From Bacteroidales bacterium (GTDB lineage Bacteria; Bacteroidota; Bacteroidia; Bacteroidales; JAFGXI01), in assembly GCA_027064025.1 (NCBI GenBank), contig JAMOQL010000136.1:1-46510 (forward strand): a DNA stretch of 46,510 nucleotides, given 5' to 3'. Under the pieces are notes generated by a model. That model did not search any database, was not told where the DNA came from, and saw nothing but the letters and a program-made list of their open reading frames with translations. The position numbers and the translations under genes are program-made. This document shows positions 28,106-38,199 of this stretch, one piece after another. Numbering within the stretch: the stretch's first letter is position 1; the number at the start of each line of letters is the position of its first letter.

Positions 28106-29518
28106 ATGTATAAAATAAAATTTGGAACAGACGGATGGAGAGCTGTTATTGGAGATGGATATACATTCGAAAATGTAAGTAGATTAACCGAAGCTCTTGC
28201 AACTTGGTTGCATCAGAATTTCGAAAAACCAACTATTGTCATTGGATACGATTGTAGATTTAATGGGAAGATATTCACTGAATTAGTAAGTAAAACTTTG
28301 GCTCATCATGGAGTAAAAGTCATTCTTCAGGAATCGTTTACTTCTACACCTGCGGTTTCTTTTGCAGTTGTAAAATTGCAAGCCGATCTTGGTGTTGTTA
28401 TCACTTCCAGCCATAACCCTCCTGAATATAGTGGGTATAAATTAAAAGGGAACCATGGAGGTCCTTTACAAGAAAATTATTTAAGAGAAATTGAAGCCTT
28501 AATTAAAGACCAACTGTCCATTGCTTCAGATGAAATCGACTTCACAGAACTTGTTAAAGCCAAGCTAATAGAATATACAAATCTAGATAATATATACGTA
28601 GATAACGTTCGAGAGAAATTTGATATTCCAGCTTTCGCCAATAGTAAATTTACATTTGCTTTCGATTCTATGATGGGTTCTGGTCAAAAGATTATGCACG
28701 ATATCCTTCCAGAGATATTCCACATAAACAAAGAAGTCAATCCTACTTTTCACGGTATTGCTCCAGAGCCATTAGCTAAAAATTTACAATTATTTTCTAA
28801 CTTCATTAAAGACGAAGAACATGTTGACTGTGGCTTAGCGGTCGATGGAGATGCCGACAGAATCGCACTAATGAATAGCAAAGGAGAATACATCGATTCT
28901 CATCATACAATTTTATTGCTGATGCACTATTTGGCAGGATACAAAAATGAAACAGGCAAAATCGTTACTGGATTTTCATCTACTACAAAAGTTGAGCAAT
29001 TAGCACAACATTATGGCTTAGAAGTTCAACGTGTAAAAATTGGCTTTAAGCAAATTAGCGAGGTAATGCTCAAAGAAAAAGTTTTAGTTGGTGGTGAAGA
29101 GTCTGGAGGCATTGCTATTGCAGGACATATTCCTGAAAGAGACGGAATATGGAATGGTTTAGCCATTTGGGAATGGATGATTGAAACGGGAAAAACTATC
29201 GAAGAACTTATCCAAGAAATCTACGACATTACGGGTTCTTTTGCTTATAAACGTAACGATCTAAAAATTACAGAATCATTAAAACTAAAAGTTATTGATT
29301 ACTGCAAAAATAATAAAATTGAAACTTTCGAAAACGAATCGATCCTTCGATTAGAAACATTAGACGGATTCAAATACTTCTTAAACGAAGACGAATGGAT
29401 TATGATTAGACCATCAGGAACCGAACCTGTTTTAAGAACCTACGCCGAGGGGAAAACAAAAAAAAGAGCAGAAGAGCTTATCGATATTCTAGAAAAATTT
29501 GTTTCTAGTTTCGAATAA
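28106..29518 (+). CDS. Phosphoglucomutase/phosphomannomutase (alpha-D-phosphohexomutase)
   Basis: FGTDGWR, TSSHNP phosphoserine loop, DGDADR, GEESGG, RPSGTEP. Confidence 0.95.
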   Translation: MYKIKFGTDGWRAVIGDGYTFENVSRLTEALATWLHQNFEKPTIVIGYDCRFNGKIFTELVSKTLAHHGVKVILQESFTSTPAVSFAVVKLQADLGVVITSSHNPPEYSGYKLKGNHGGPLQENYLREIEALIKDQLSIASDEIDFTELVKAKLIEYTNLDNIYVDNVREKFDIPAFANSKFTFAFDSMMGSGQKIMHDILPEIFHINKEVNPTFHGIAPEPLAKNLQLFSNFIKDEEHVDCGLAVDGDADRIALMNSKGEYIDSHHTILLLMHYLAGYKNETGKIVTGFSSTTKVEQLAQHYGLEVQRVKIGFKQISEVMLKEKVLVGGEESGGIAIAGHIPERDGIWNGLAIWEWMIETGKTIEELIQEIYDITGSFAYKRNDLKITESLKLKVIDYCKNNKIETFENESILRLETLDGFKYFLNEDEWIMIRPSGTEPVLRTYAEGKTKKRAEELIDILEKFVSSFE

Positions 29519-29573
29519 GTACTTTATATAAAAATCGTGTATTTACATTAGATAATTTAAAACATCCTAATTT

Positions 29574-30425
29574 ATGAGCTTTTTTAAATTCTTGTTAAGT
29601 AAAACGTTTCTAATTAACTTGGTTATTGCTATTATTGTTACTACAAGTTTGTATTTCATACTAATATACAGCCTTAATTCATACACTCATCATGGAGAGG
29701 GCGTTATTGTTCCCGATTTTACAAACTTAACTTACAAAGACGCTAAAGAGTTAGCTCAACAATCTCATTTAAAAGTTCTTATTTCTGATACCACATATTC
29801 TCAAGAAACCGCAAGAGGATTAATAGCCGCTCAAATCCCAACTATGGAATCCATTATTAAATCAGAAAGAACTATTTATCTAACCATTAATTCTTTGAAT
29901 GCCGAAATGGTCAATATGCCCAATTTTGTGGGCGCCTCACTCCGTCAAGCCCTAGTCGATGCAGAAATTTATGGACTTAAAATTGGAGAAATATCTTATA
30001 AGCCTAATCTTGCAAAGAATTATGTTTTAGAACAAAAAATAAATGGCAAAATGATTTCTGAAGGAACACAAGTAGAAAAGGGAAGTTTTATTGATTTAAC
30101 ATTAGGGATGGGCTTAAGCAATGAAAAAGTATTTATTCCGTTACTACTTAACAAAAACATTCAAGAAGCCGATTCAATGCTGAGAGCTAAATACTTAAAT
30201 ACGGGAGCTAAATTTTACGATAGTAACATCAAAACAGCTTCAGATTCTAACGCTGCTATTATTTACAACCAAGAACCAAAACCTTTTGATAATAATTTTA
30301 AACCTGGTGATTTTGTCGACTTATGGTTTACCCTAGACAGTTCAAAAGTAGTTATTAAAAAAGAATGGGTAGACTCATTAAAAATAAAATCTACTAGCGA
30401 TACTATTCATTCTCTTATAGATTAG
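29574..30425 (+). CDS. Membrane-anchored PASTA-domain protein (about 3 PASTA, no kinase domain)
   Basis: N-terminal TM, YTHHGE, repeats starting VPDF / MPNFVG / IPLLL. Confidence 0.88.
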   Translation: MSFFKFLLSKTFLINLVIAIIVTTSLYFILIYSLNSYTHHGEGVIVPDFTNLTYKDAKELAQQSHLKVLISDTTYSQETARGLIAAQIPTMESIIKSERTIYLTINSLNAEMVNMPNFVGASLRQALVDAEIYGLKIGEISYKPNLAKNYVLEQKINGKMISEGTQVEKGSFIDLTLGMGLSNEKVFIPLLLNKNIQEADSMLRAKYLNTGAKFYDSNIKTASDSNAAIIYNQEPKPFDNNFKPGDFVDLWFTLDSSKVVIKKEWVDSLKIKSTSDTIHSLID

Positions 30426-30443
30426 AGAATAAAAATTTCTAAT

Positions 30444-32297
30444 ATGAAGCCAAAACATTTAATATTTTTTCTTTTATCTATCTCTTTCTCAGTATTTGGG
30501 CAAGTTAAATTTGTTGGGCTAAGTTCTAATCCTAAATTATTACATAATGATAAATTAATTAATAGAAAAACTTCTATTACAGACACATTAAAACTTCCTT
30601 TTATCGACGATTTCGCATACGATAGCATATACCCTAGTCAAAATCTATGGCTAGACAGAAATGTATATATCAATAATAATTTTGCTGTCAATCCCCCATC
30701 AATAGGCGTCGCTACTTTCGATCTACTCAACGAAAATGGATTAATTTACGACAACTCAAACACAACTCAATTTCCAGCAGATTACTTAACTAGTAAATTT
30801 ATTAACCTCTCTAATTACACCCCCTCAGACTCCATTTATCTTAGTTTCTATTATCAACCCCAAGGGACAAGTTATAGCTCGCCTCAAAACAACGACTCCC
30901 TTGTTCTCCAATTTAAAACCAACGAAAAAGATTGGCAATCTATTTGGTCTATTGCAGGAAGCTCTCTACAAAACTTTAAGCAAGTCCTTATTCCTGTTAT
31001 TGATACCAGTTATTTAAAAACTAGTTTTCAATTTAGATTCTTTAATTACGCATCGATAGGTGGTTCTCAGAATCAAGAAGATGCCATAAACGACGACTAT
31101 TGGAATCTTGATTATATCGTACTAGATACAGCCAGAAGTATTAACGACACTTCTCACATTGATATTAGCTTTAGTCATTTTAACACTAGTCTATTTTTAG
31201 GTTATTATTCAGTCCCATGGAAACATTATAATCTAAACAAAATGCCAATGGATTCCATAGATTTCCGATTCCAGAACCTAGATAATGAAGACCGAGCAGC
31301 CAACTTCTACACTTATCAATTATACGTAAACAATAATCTTACCGATGACATAAAAGTTGGAAGTATTAATATTTCAGCATTCTCACCAGCTGCTAGAATT
31401 AATACATTAGATGAAATCTCAAATCAAACAGGAATAAGTTCAAATATTCCTTCTAGCTTAAATGATAGCGCAATATTTACCATCGTAAAATTTTATAAAG
31501 AGTTTATTACTAACTCCGATTCTTCATATTTATATAATGATACCTCAAAGTATAATCAGTATTTTTACAATTATTACGCCTATGACGATGGTTCTGCCGA
31601 GTCAGGTTTAGCAATATTACAGTCGGGAGAAAAATTTGCTTTCAAAATTGCACCTTTACAAAATGATACTCTTAGAGGATTATCTATGTATTTTAATCAC
31701 TACAAAGATTACGGAACTGCAGATCCTTCGGTATTTTCACTCTGTGTTTGGAACAATAATAATGGAAAACCAGGAAATATTATTTATCAAGAAGATAATA
31801 TCAGTCCTAAATATAACAACAGTATCAATTCTTTCTCTACCTACAAGTTTAAAGAGCCTCTCTTTGTTGAAGATACAATCTTTATAGGATTTATTAACGA
31901 TACTCAAAAAGGATATAGCATAGGTTACGACTTTAATAACAATAACCAAAAACAAGTATACTACACCACCTCAAACACATGGTATAATCTGGACAAAGGG
32001 ACCCCTATGATTCGTGCTTTAATGGGAGATAATTTTGTTGATATTTCCGTACCAGAAAGTCCATCGATAAATTCAATAAAAATTTATCCTAATCCTACAC
32101 AAAATAAAATCAGAATACAATTAAATAATCAACTCCAATACCAACTTAATATCTATAATAGCATTGGTAAATTACTAATTAATAAAGCCATTAGTAATAC
32201 TGAGGATATAAACCTTAAGAAATTCGGATCAGGTATTTATATTATCAGAATCCAGAATAAAAATGTCAATCTAAATAAAAAAATAATCGTTTTATAA
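30444..32297 (+). CDS. Secreted protein with T9SS type A sorting domain, unknown function
   Basis: Signal peptide VFG|Q; LPFIDDF, YYAYDDGSAE; CTD IKIYPNP...IYNSIGK...GIYIIRI...KKIIVL. Confidence 0.88.
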   Translation: MKPKHLIFFLLSISFSVFGQVKFVGLSSNPKLLHNDKLINRKTSITDTLKLPFIDDFAYDSIYPSQNLWLDRNVYINNNFAVNPPSIGVATFDLLNENGLIYDNSNTTQFPADYLTSKFINLSNYTPSDSIYLSFYYQPQGTSYSSPQNNDSLVLQFKTNEKDWQSIWSIAGSSLQNFKQVLIPVIDTSYLKTSFQFRFFNYASIGGSQNQEDAINDDYWNLDYIVLDTARSINDTSHIDISFSHFNTSLFLGYYSVPWKHYNLNKMPMDSIDFRFQNLDNEDRAANFYTYQLYVNNNLTDDIKVGSINISAFSPAARINTLDEISNQTGISSNIPSSLNDSAIFTIVKFYKEFITNSDSSYLYNDTSKYNQYFYNYYAYDDGSAESGLAILQSGEKFAFKIAPLQNDTLRGLSMYFNHYKDYGTADPSVFSLCVWNNNNGKPGNIIYQEDNISPKYNNSINSFSTYKFKEPLFVEDTIFIGFINDTQKGYSIGYDFNNNNQKQVYYTTSNTWYNLDKGTPMIRALMGDNFVDISVPESPSINSIKIYPNPTQNKIRIQLNNQLQYQLNIYNSIGKLLINKAISNTEDINLKKFGSGIYIIRIQNKNVNLNKKIIVL

Positions 32298-33341
32298 ATG
32301 ACCGAGTCTACCACAACAAATCAGGAAGAAGAACAAGAGTTTTTCGAACATTTTAACATTACGGTTGATCCAGGTCAATCCGCTTTACGTATTGATAAAT
32401 TTTTAACAGAGAAAATAACCAATGCTTCGAGAACAAAGATACAAATGGCAGCCTCTGCCAACTGTATATTAGTCAACGATAATGCAGTAAAAGCCAATTA
32501 TAAAGTTCGTGGCGGCGATCAAATCTCAATGGTTCTTCCCGAACCTCCCCGAGAACACGAAATTATCCCAGAAAATATCCCATTGAATATTGTTTACGAA
32601 GACGACCATCTGATTGTAATAGACAAACAAGCAGGCTTAGTCGTTCACCCTGGATTTGGTAATTATACCGGAACTTTAGTCAATGCATTAGCTTTTCATA
32701 TAAAAGATTCTGAATTATTTCACAAAGACAATACTAGACCAGGATTAGTTCATAGGATAGATAAAAATACATCTGGATTATTAGTCGTTGCCAAGACCGA
32801 ACAAGCTCTTACTCATCTTGCCAAGCAATTTTACGATCATTCTACAGAAAGAAAGTATCAAGCCTTAATTTGGGGAACTTTTGACGAAAAAGAAGGAACC
32901 ATAACGGGATATTTGGACAGAGACATTCGTAATCGAATGAAAATGCACGTCTATAAAAACGAAGACGAAGGCAAATGGTCAGTTACCCATTACAAAGTAT
33001 TAGAAGAAATAGGATATGTTTCCTTGGTCGAATGTCAACTAGAAACGGGCCGAACACACCAAATAAGAGTGCATTTCGAACATCTAAACCACCCATTATT
33101 TAATGATGAAAGATATGGTGGAGATTCAGTAATTAAAGGCACCACTTTTTCTAAATATAAACAATTTGTAGAAAATGTTTTTAAAATCATCCCCCGTCAT
33201 GCTCTACATGCAAAAACTCTAGGTTTTACTCACCCAGTTACTTTAGAAAAAATGCGCTTTGAATCACCCATTCCTGAAGATATGACTAAAGCTATTGATA
33301 AATGGAGACACTACATTTCTTTTAGAAAAGATGATGTTTAA
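32298..33341 (+). CDS. rluD: RluA/RluD-family pseudouridine synthase
   Basis: S4-like RIDKFL, GLVVHP, catalytic HRIDKNTSG, LETGRTHQIR, LHA. Confidence 0.93.
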   Translation: MTESTTTNQEEEQEFFEHFNITVDPGQSALRIDKFLTEKITNASRTKIQMAASANCILVNDNAVKANYKVRGGDQISMVLPEPPREHEIIPENIPLNIVYEDDHLIVIDKQAGLVVHPGFGNYTGTLVNALAFHIKDSELFHKDNTRPGLVHRIDKNTSGLLVVAKTEQALTHLAKQFYDHSTERKYQALIWGTFDEKEGTITGYLDRDIRNRMKMHVYKNEDEGKWSVTHYKVLEEIGYVSLVECQLETGRTHQIRVHFEHLNHPLFNDERYGGDSVIKGTTFSKYKQFVENVFKIIPRHALHAKTLGFTHPVTLEKMRFESPIPEDMTKAIDKWRHYISFRKDDV

Positions 33342-33346
33342 AAAAA

Positions 33347-34312
33347 TTATTGTAAGATTATCTTTTTATAAACAACCCCTTCCTCCGAGTTAATTTTTAA
33401 TAAATAAATTCCCGGCTGATAATTTGTCATATCAATTTGTTCGTAATCCAATGCAATCGAAGAAGTATATAAAACTTCCCCATTTATTGAAAATAATTCT
33501 GACAAAAATACCTGATCATTTTTTATTCTAATAATACCAGAGCTAGGGTTAGGATAAACCGATAAATGATTCAAACTATGTTCTTCTATATTAGTTGCGG
33601 TAGCATGACCTTTCAACACATAATGTAAAGTTCTATTACTACTTTCGATATCAAAAATAACAGAATCGTTTTGTAAATCAATAGGCGAATAATAAACACG
33701 AAAAGTATAATCCATAAGACCTGTTAATCTTGCTGAAAGATTAAAATCGCTCGAAAATTCTGTTAATGATAGATTTGTAATACTTGTAAAATCCAATGTA
33801 TCATTTCCATAATTAGTGATAGTTATCTCATGAAAATCATTTTGAGAAAGACCCGTATTTTGGAACTCAACAATAGTATCCGAAACAGAAAGCAAAATCG
33901 GGAGAACACTTGTAAGAGTTGGTTTTCCTGCATTTTCCCAAGCATTAAGACCTCCATCTAAATTATAAACATTTTCAAAACCTTTTGTTTGCATACTATT
34001 AAAGACATTTCCACTCCTCCCTCCAGAAGCACAATGAATTAAATACACTTTTGTTTTAACTAGAGTATCTAGAATATCATTAAACGTAGATAAGTAATAA
34101 TTTAAATTTACGCCATTCTCTATATGCTTAGAATCGTATTCCCCTTCAGTTCTAACATCCAAAATAACAAAATTAGGATCCAAATAATGATACGTTATTA
34201 AAGTTTGAGCACTATCGGGACTAATAGTAGCATAAACAGAAGTTGAGTTGGTTTGCGCCAAGGCAAACATACTTATAAAAAGATATAAGCTCGATAATAT
34301 CGTCTTTTTCAT
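33347..34312 (-). CDS. Secreted rhodanese + Ig-like domain + T9SS type A CTD; start moved to ATG 34312
   Basis: MKKTILSSLYLFISMFALA|Q; LDVRT..EY...HI, HCASGGRS, LDGGLNAW; ITITNYGNDTL Ig-like segment; VYPNPSSG...GIYLLKI...KKIILQ. Confidence 0.88.
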   Translation of the reverse strand: MKKTILSSLYLFISMFALAQTNSTSVYATISPDSAQTLITYHYLDPNFVILDVRTEGEYDSKHIENGVNLNYYLSTFNDILDTLVKTKVYLIHCASGGRSGNVFNSMQTKGFENVYNLDGGLNAWENAGKPTLTSVLPILLSVSDTIVEFQNTGLSQNDFHEITITNYGNDTLDFTSITNLSLTEFSSDFNLSARLTGLMDYTFRVYYSPIDLQNDSVIFDIESSNRTLHYVLKGHATATNIEEHSLNHLSVYPNPSSGIIRIKNDQVFLSELFSINGEVLYTSSIALDYEQIDMTNYQPGIYLLKINSEEGVVYKKIILQ

Positions 34313-34583
34313 AAAAAATAAAGATCCTAAATTTAAAAATAAACAAGCATGACAGAAATCAAGTTTCACCATGTTTAATAATAGTTACAATAAAAGTAAA
34401 ACTTTTTTATTTTACTGACGTAAAGTAAATGTATTAATTATTTTTGCAATGTATATAGTAAGTATTTTAACTTAGAAAATTGCCTTGTAAAAATTGACAA
34501 AATAACTCATCCTATTTAATTGATTAAAAATAATAGGCTTAATCACTTTTCTAATTAACTATATAGGAATAAATAAAATAAAA

Positions 34584-35909
34584 ATGATGAAAATAACAAT
34601 GGTTGGTACTGGATACGTTGGATTAGTTTCTGGTACATGTTTTGCTGAGACAGGGATTGACGTTACTTGCGTAGATGTTGACAAAAATAAAATCGATAAC
34701 TTGAACAAAGGGATACTTCCTATTTGGGAACCAGGTTTAGAAGATATGGTTAACCGCAATGTAACCAAGAAGAAACTCAGTTTTTCTACCTCTCTTAAAG
34801 AGAGTTTAAAGGGTGTTGATGTTGTATTTAGTGCAGTAGGAACACCTCCAGATGAAGATGGTAGTGCAGATTTACAATATGTATTAGCCGTTGCAAAAGA
34901 AGTAGGTCAAAACATGACTGATTATTTAGTTATGGTAACCAAAAGCACTGTTCCAATAGGAACAGCAGAAAGAGTAAGAAAAGCTATCCAAGACGAATTA
35001 GATAAAAGAAATTCAAAACTTAATTTTGATGTTTCTTCCAACCCAGAATTTCTAAAAGAAGGTAGTGCCATACAAGACTTTCTAAAACCTGATAGGATTG
35101 TTGTTGGAGTTGATAGCCCAAAAGCAGAAAAAGTAATGCGTAGGCTATACAAACCATTTTTATTGAACAATCATCCGGTATTAATTATGGATATTCCTTC
35201 TGCAGAGATGACAAAATATGCAGCCAATTCTATGTTGGCTACAAAAATATCGTTTATGAATGACATTGCAAATCTTTGCGAGATAGTTGGAGCAGATGCG
35301 AAAAATGTACGTCTAGGAATTGGATCTGATTCTAGAATTGGTCATAAATTTTTATATCCAGGTGCAGGTTATGGAGGAAGTTGCTTTCCAAAAGATGTAA
35401 AAGCACTAATTAAAACAGCCGACCAGAATGAATATTCCTTAGAAATTCTAAAATCTGTAGAAGCTGTAAATGACAGACAAAAATCTGTTGTTTATAATAA
35501 ACTTGCTCGATATTTTAACCACGATTTTAAAGGTAAAACATTTGCCTTATGGGGATTAGCATTTAAGCCTAATACCGACGATATGCGAGAAGCTCCTTCC
35601 GTTGTTTTTATCAATAAAGTTTTAGCCGAAGGTGGGAAAATCAAAGCTTACGACCCTGTTGCAATAAAAGAATCCAAAAGGAAAATTGGTGATATTGTCG
35701 AATATGCCGAAGATATGTACGATGCATTAATTGATGCTGACGCCTTAGTTATTCTTACTGAATGGTCGGAGTTTAGAATGCCAAATCTTAAGATGATGGA
35801 AAAATTACTAAAAAATAAGGTAATAATTGATGGTAGAAATATTTATGACCCTGAAGAAATGAAAGAATGTGGGTGGTATTACGAAGCTATTGGTCGTCGA
35901 AATAAATAA
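34584..35909 (+). CDS. ugd: UDP-glucose 6-dehydrogenase
   Basis: GTGYVG, KSTVP, NPEFLKEG, GYGGSCFPKD, GLAFKPNTDDMRE. Confidence 0.95.
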   Translation: MMKITMVGTGYVGLVSGTCFAETGIDVTCVDVDKNKIDNLNKGILPIWEPGLEDMVNRNVTKKKLSFSTSLKESLKGVDVVFSAVGTPPDEDGSADLQYVLAVAKEVGQNMTDYLVMVTKSTVPIGTAERVRKAIQDELDKRNSKLNFDVSSNPEFLKEGSAIQDFLKPDRIVVGVDSPKAEKVMRRLYKPFLLNNHPVLIMDIPSAEMTKYAANSMLATKISFMNDIANLCEIVGADAKNVRLGIGSDSRIGHKFLYPGAGYGGSCFPKDVKALIKTADQNEYSLEILKSVEAVNDRQKSVVYNKLARYFNHDFKGKTFALWGLAFKPNTDDMREAPSVVFINKVLAEGGKIKAYDPVAIKESKRKIGDIVEYAEDMYDALIDADALVILTEWSEFRMPNLKMMEKLLKNKVIIDGRNIYDPEEMKECGWYYEAIGRRNK

Positions 35910-35916
35910 TATCAAA

Positions 35917-36040
35917 AGTAGGTTTTAATACTAATACAAAATTATCTAAGAATATTAAAACCTACTCACTTGTATATAATCCCATTCGGGATATTTAATT
36001 CCCCAATGCTCGCATCGAGGATATTGGTTTATTCATACAA
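35917..36040. repeat. Cluster of inverted repeats between ugd and uxs
   Basis: Perfect 14-bp IR AGTAGGTTTTAATA/TATTAAAACCTACT (35917-35966), ATCCC-ATTC-GGGAT and CCCCAATGC-TC-GCATCGAGG. Confidence 0.7.
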
Positions 36041-36056
36041 TAAAAAATAATAAATT

Positions 36057-36989
36057 ATGAAAAAAATATTAGTAACAGGAGGAGCCGGATTTTTAGGTTC
36101 ACATCTATGCGAACGCCTTTTAAATGAAGGTAACGAAGTTATTTGCATTGATAATTTTTTTACCGGATCAAAAAAGAATGTAGTTCATCTTTTAGACAAT
36201 CCCTATTTTGAATTGGTAAGACACGATGTTACCATGCCTTATTTTGTTGAATTAGACCAAATATATAATTTAGCTTGTCCAGCTTCTCCAATACACTATC
36301 AATACAACCCCATCAAAACTATCAAAACTTCAGTAATGGGTGCTATTAATATGCTTGGGTTAGCAAAAAGAATTGGAGCAAGAATACTGCAAGCATCTAC
36401 AAGTGAAATTTATGGAGATCCTGCTGTTCATCCACAGAAAGAGGATTATTGGGGTAATGTTAATACTTGGGGGCCACGTTCTTGTTACGATGAGGGGAAA
36501 AGAAGCGCCGAAACACTTTTTATGGATTACCACATGCAAAATAATGTTGATATTAAAGTAATTCGTATTTTCAATACTTATGGACCTCGTATGCACCCTG
36601 GAGATGGCAGAGTTGTTTCAAATTTTATTGTTCAAGCATTAAAAGGTGAAGATATTACAATATACGGTAACGGACAACAAACTCGTAGCTTCCAATATGT
36701 GGACGACTTAATTGAAGGAATGATTAGAATGATGAATTCTAGAGATGGTTTTACAGGACCTGTCAACGTTGGTAACCCATACGAATTTACAATGCTAGAG
36801 CTTGCTGAGAAAGTTATTGACCTAACAGGAAGTAAATCTAAGATTGTACACCTAGAAATCCCCAAAGATGATCCAACTAGACGACAACCAGATATCTCCT
36901 TAGCTAAAAAAGAACTAGACTGGGAACCGAAAATTCAGTTAGAAGAAGGTCTTAGGAAAACAATTGAATACTTTAAAAGTATTATTTAA
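36057..36989 (+). CDS. uxs: UDP-glucuronate decarboxylase (UDP-xylose synthase)
   Basis: [49 protein letters not shown]. Confidence 0.93.
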   Translation: MKKILVTGGAGFLGSHLCERLLNEGNEVICIDNFFTGSKKNVVHLLDNPYFELVRHDVTMPYFVELDQIYNLACPASPIHYQYNPIKTIKTSVMGAINMLGLAKRIGARILQASTSEIYGDPAVHPQKEDYWGNVNTWGPRSCYDEGKRSAETLFMDYHMQNNVDIKVIRIFNTYGPRMHPGDGRVVSNFIVQALKGEDITIYGNGQQTRSFQYVDDLIEGMIRMMNSRDGFTGPVNVGNPYEFTMLELAEKVIDLTGSKSKIVHLEIPKDDPTRRQPDISLAKKELDWEPKIQLEEGLRKTIEYFKSII

Positions 36990-37052
36990 TTCGATGCGAT
37001 TTAAGTAATTTCCAGATGTTTAGATTAAGTTGATAAAACTTTTCTATCATAC

Positions 37053-37071
37053 CCTCATAATTATTATGAGG
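37053..37071. terminator. Palindrome between convergent genes, possible terminator
   Basis: CCTCATAAT-T-ATTATGAGG, 9-bp arms, weak U-tract. Confidence 0.4.
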
Positions 37072-37084
37072 ATTTAGAACAAAA

Positions 37085-37792
37085 CTAAATAGTTACCGAT
37101 AATCCAATAGAGAAGGGCCTTATTGAAGGTCCTTTTTCTTTTTCAAAGAATTTAGTTAGAGCGTAATACGCATGCAATGAAAAGCTGCCTACGCCTACTC
37201 TACAATATATGCCATACCTATAAGGTAGAATATTTCTAAGATTATATTCTTTAAACTTAATGTTATTACTATAATTTAACTCACGATAATCCTGGCCTTC
37301 GTATTTTATGTAGTTTTGGATGTTATAGCCAATTTTAAAACCTATGGCACATCTTAAATTACGTTTTCTCACGATACCAGCCTTATCACGAGGATTTGGT
37401 CTAATCCTAAATCGAAATTCTATCGGCAAATCAACAAATACTGTTGATAATTTATTCGTTTTATAATTTAATTCTTTAGGAATAACTTTAAAGATAGAGC
37501 TATCAGACGAATACAAACCTGAATTACTTTTAATATTCTGTACGCTTAGACCTCCTCCAACGGCCATACTAATAAAATTATCTTTCCCTAAAAGAGTTTG
37601 CATAGCATATAAATCTACTCCCATAGAAAATGGTGATATTATCATTCTTGGAGCAACATCTCCTATCCAAGAATTATATGTCCAATTTAATACGATTACA
37701 GAATTGGGGTAACTAGTTATATCCCTTACTTCTTTTTCTTGCGAAAAAGATAACAAACTAAAGAATAAAAATATGATAGTTAAATGCTTCAA
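37085..37792 (-). CDS. Outer-membrane beta-barrel protein (PorT-like / OMP_b-brl_2)
   Basis: Signal peptide SFS|Q; KLSTVFVDLPIEFRFR, GFKIGY, RYGIYCRVG, C-terminal FSIGLSVTI. Confidence 0.75.
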   Translation of the reverse strand: MKHLTIIFLFFSLLSFSQEKEVRDITSYPNSVIVLNWTYNSWIGDVAPRMIISPFSMGVDLYAMQTLLGKDNFISMAVGGGLSVQNIKSNSGLYSSDSSIFKVIPKELNYKTNKLSTVFVDLPIEFRFRIRPNPRDKAGIVRKRNLRCAIGFKIGYNIQNYIKYEGQDYRELNYSNNIKFKEYNLRNILPYRYGIYCRVGVGSFSLHAYYALTKFFEKEKGPSIRPFSIGLSVTI

Positions 37793-37802
37793 TCTATTTT
37801 TA

Positions 37803-38153
37803 TTAAAAATTGAAAATATTCCAAAAACAAACTATAAACAAAGTTACAGAAAATACTATATCTAGGAACAATATTCGTCTGAAATTAGTTCTTCTTTTTA
37901 GAATTGATAATATCATAAATCTTAAGAAGAATTGAATTACAAAAAAGAAAAATACATAAAGACTATTCGAATTAAAGGATAAAGCCGAAGAAATATTAAA
38001 ACGCATAATCTCAGAAAATGCTCTCGACAAACCCGTACTAGTACAATCCTGTGTTATACAAGCTGAATGAATAGGATAATTACACTCTTGAGCAGAAAAA
38101 ATGCTGGAATAAACGAACACTAATCCGAATATTCCAGCAAAAATATAATTCAA
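37803..38153 (-). CDS. DUF2752-like membrane protein; start uncertain
   Basis: C...CTSTGLSRAF resembles the DUF2752 CPxCGxTRAF motif; three hydrophobic segments. Confidence 0.7.
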   Translation of the reverse strand: MNYIFAGIFGLVFVYSSIFSAQECNYPIHSACITQDCTSTGLSRAFSEIMRFNISSALSFNSNSLYVFFFFVIQFFLRFMILSILKRRTNFRRILFLDIVFSVTLFIVCFWNIFNF

Positions 38154-38199
38154 TAATTTATAATCTGAAGGTTTCAGAATATCTTATATTAATGGATGA

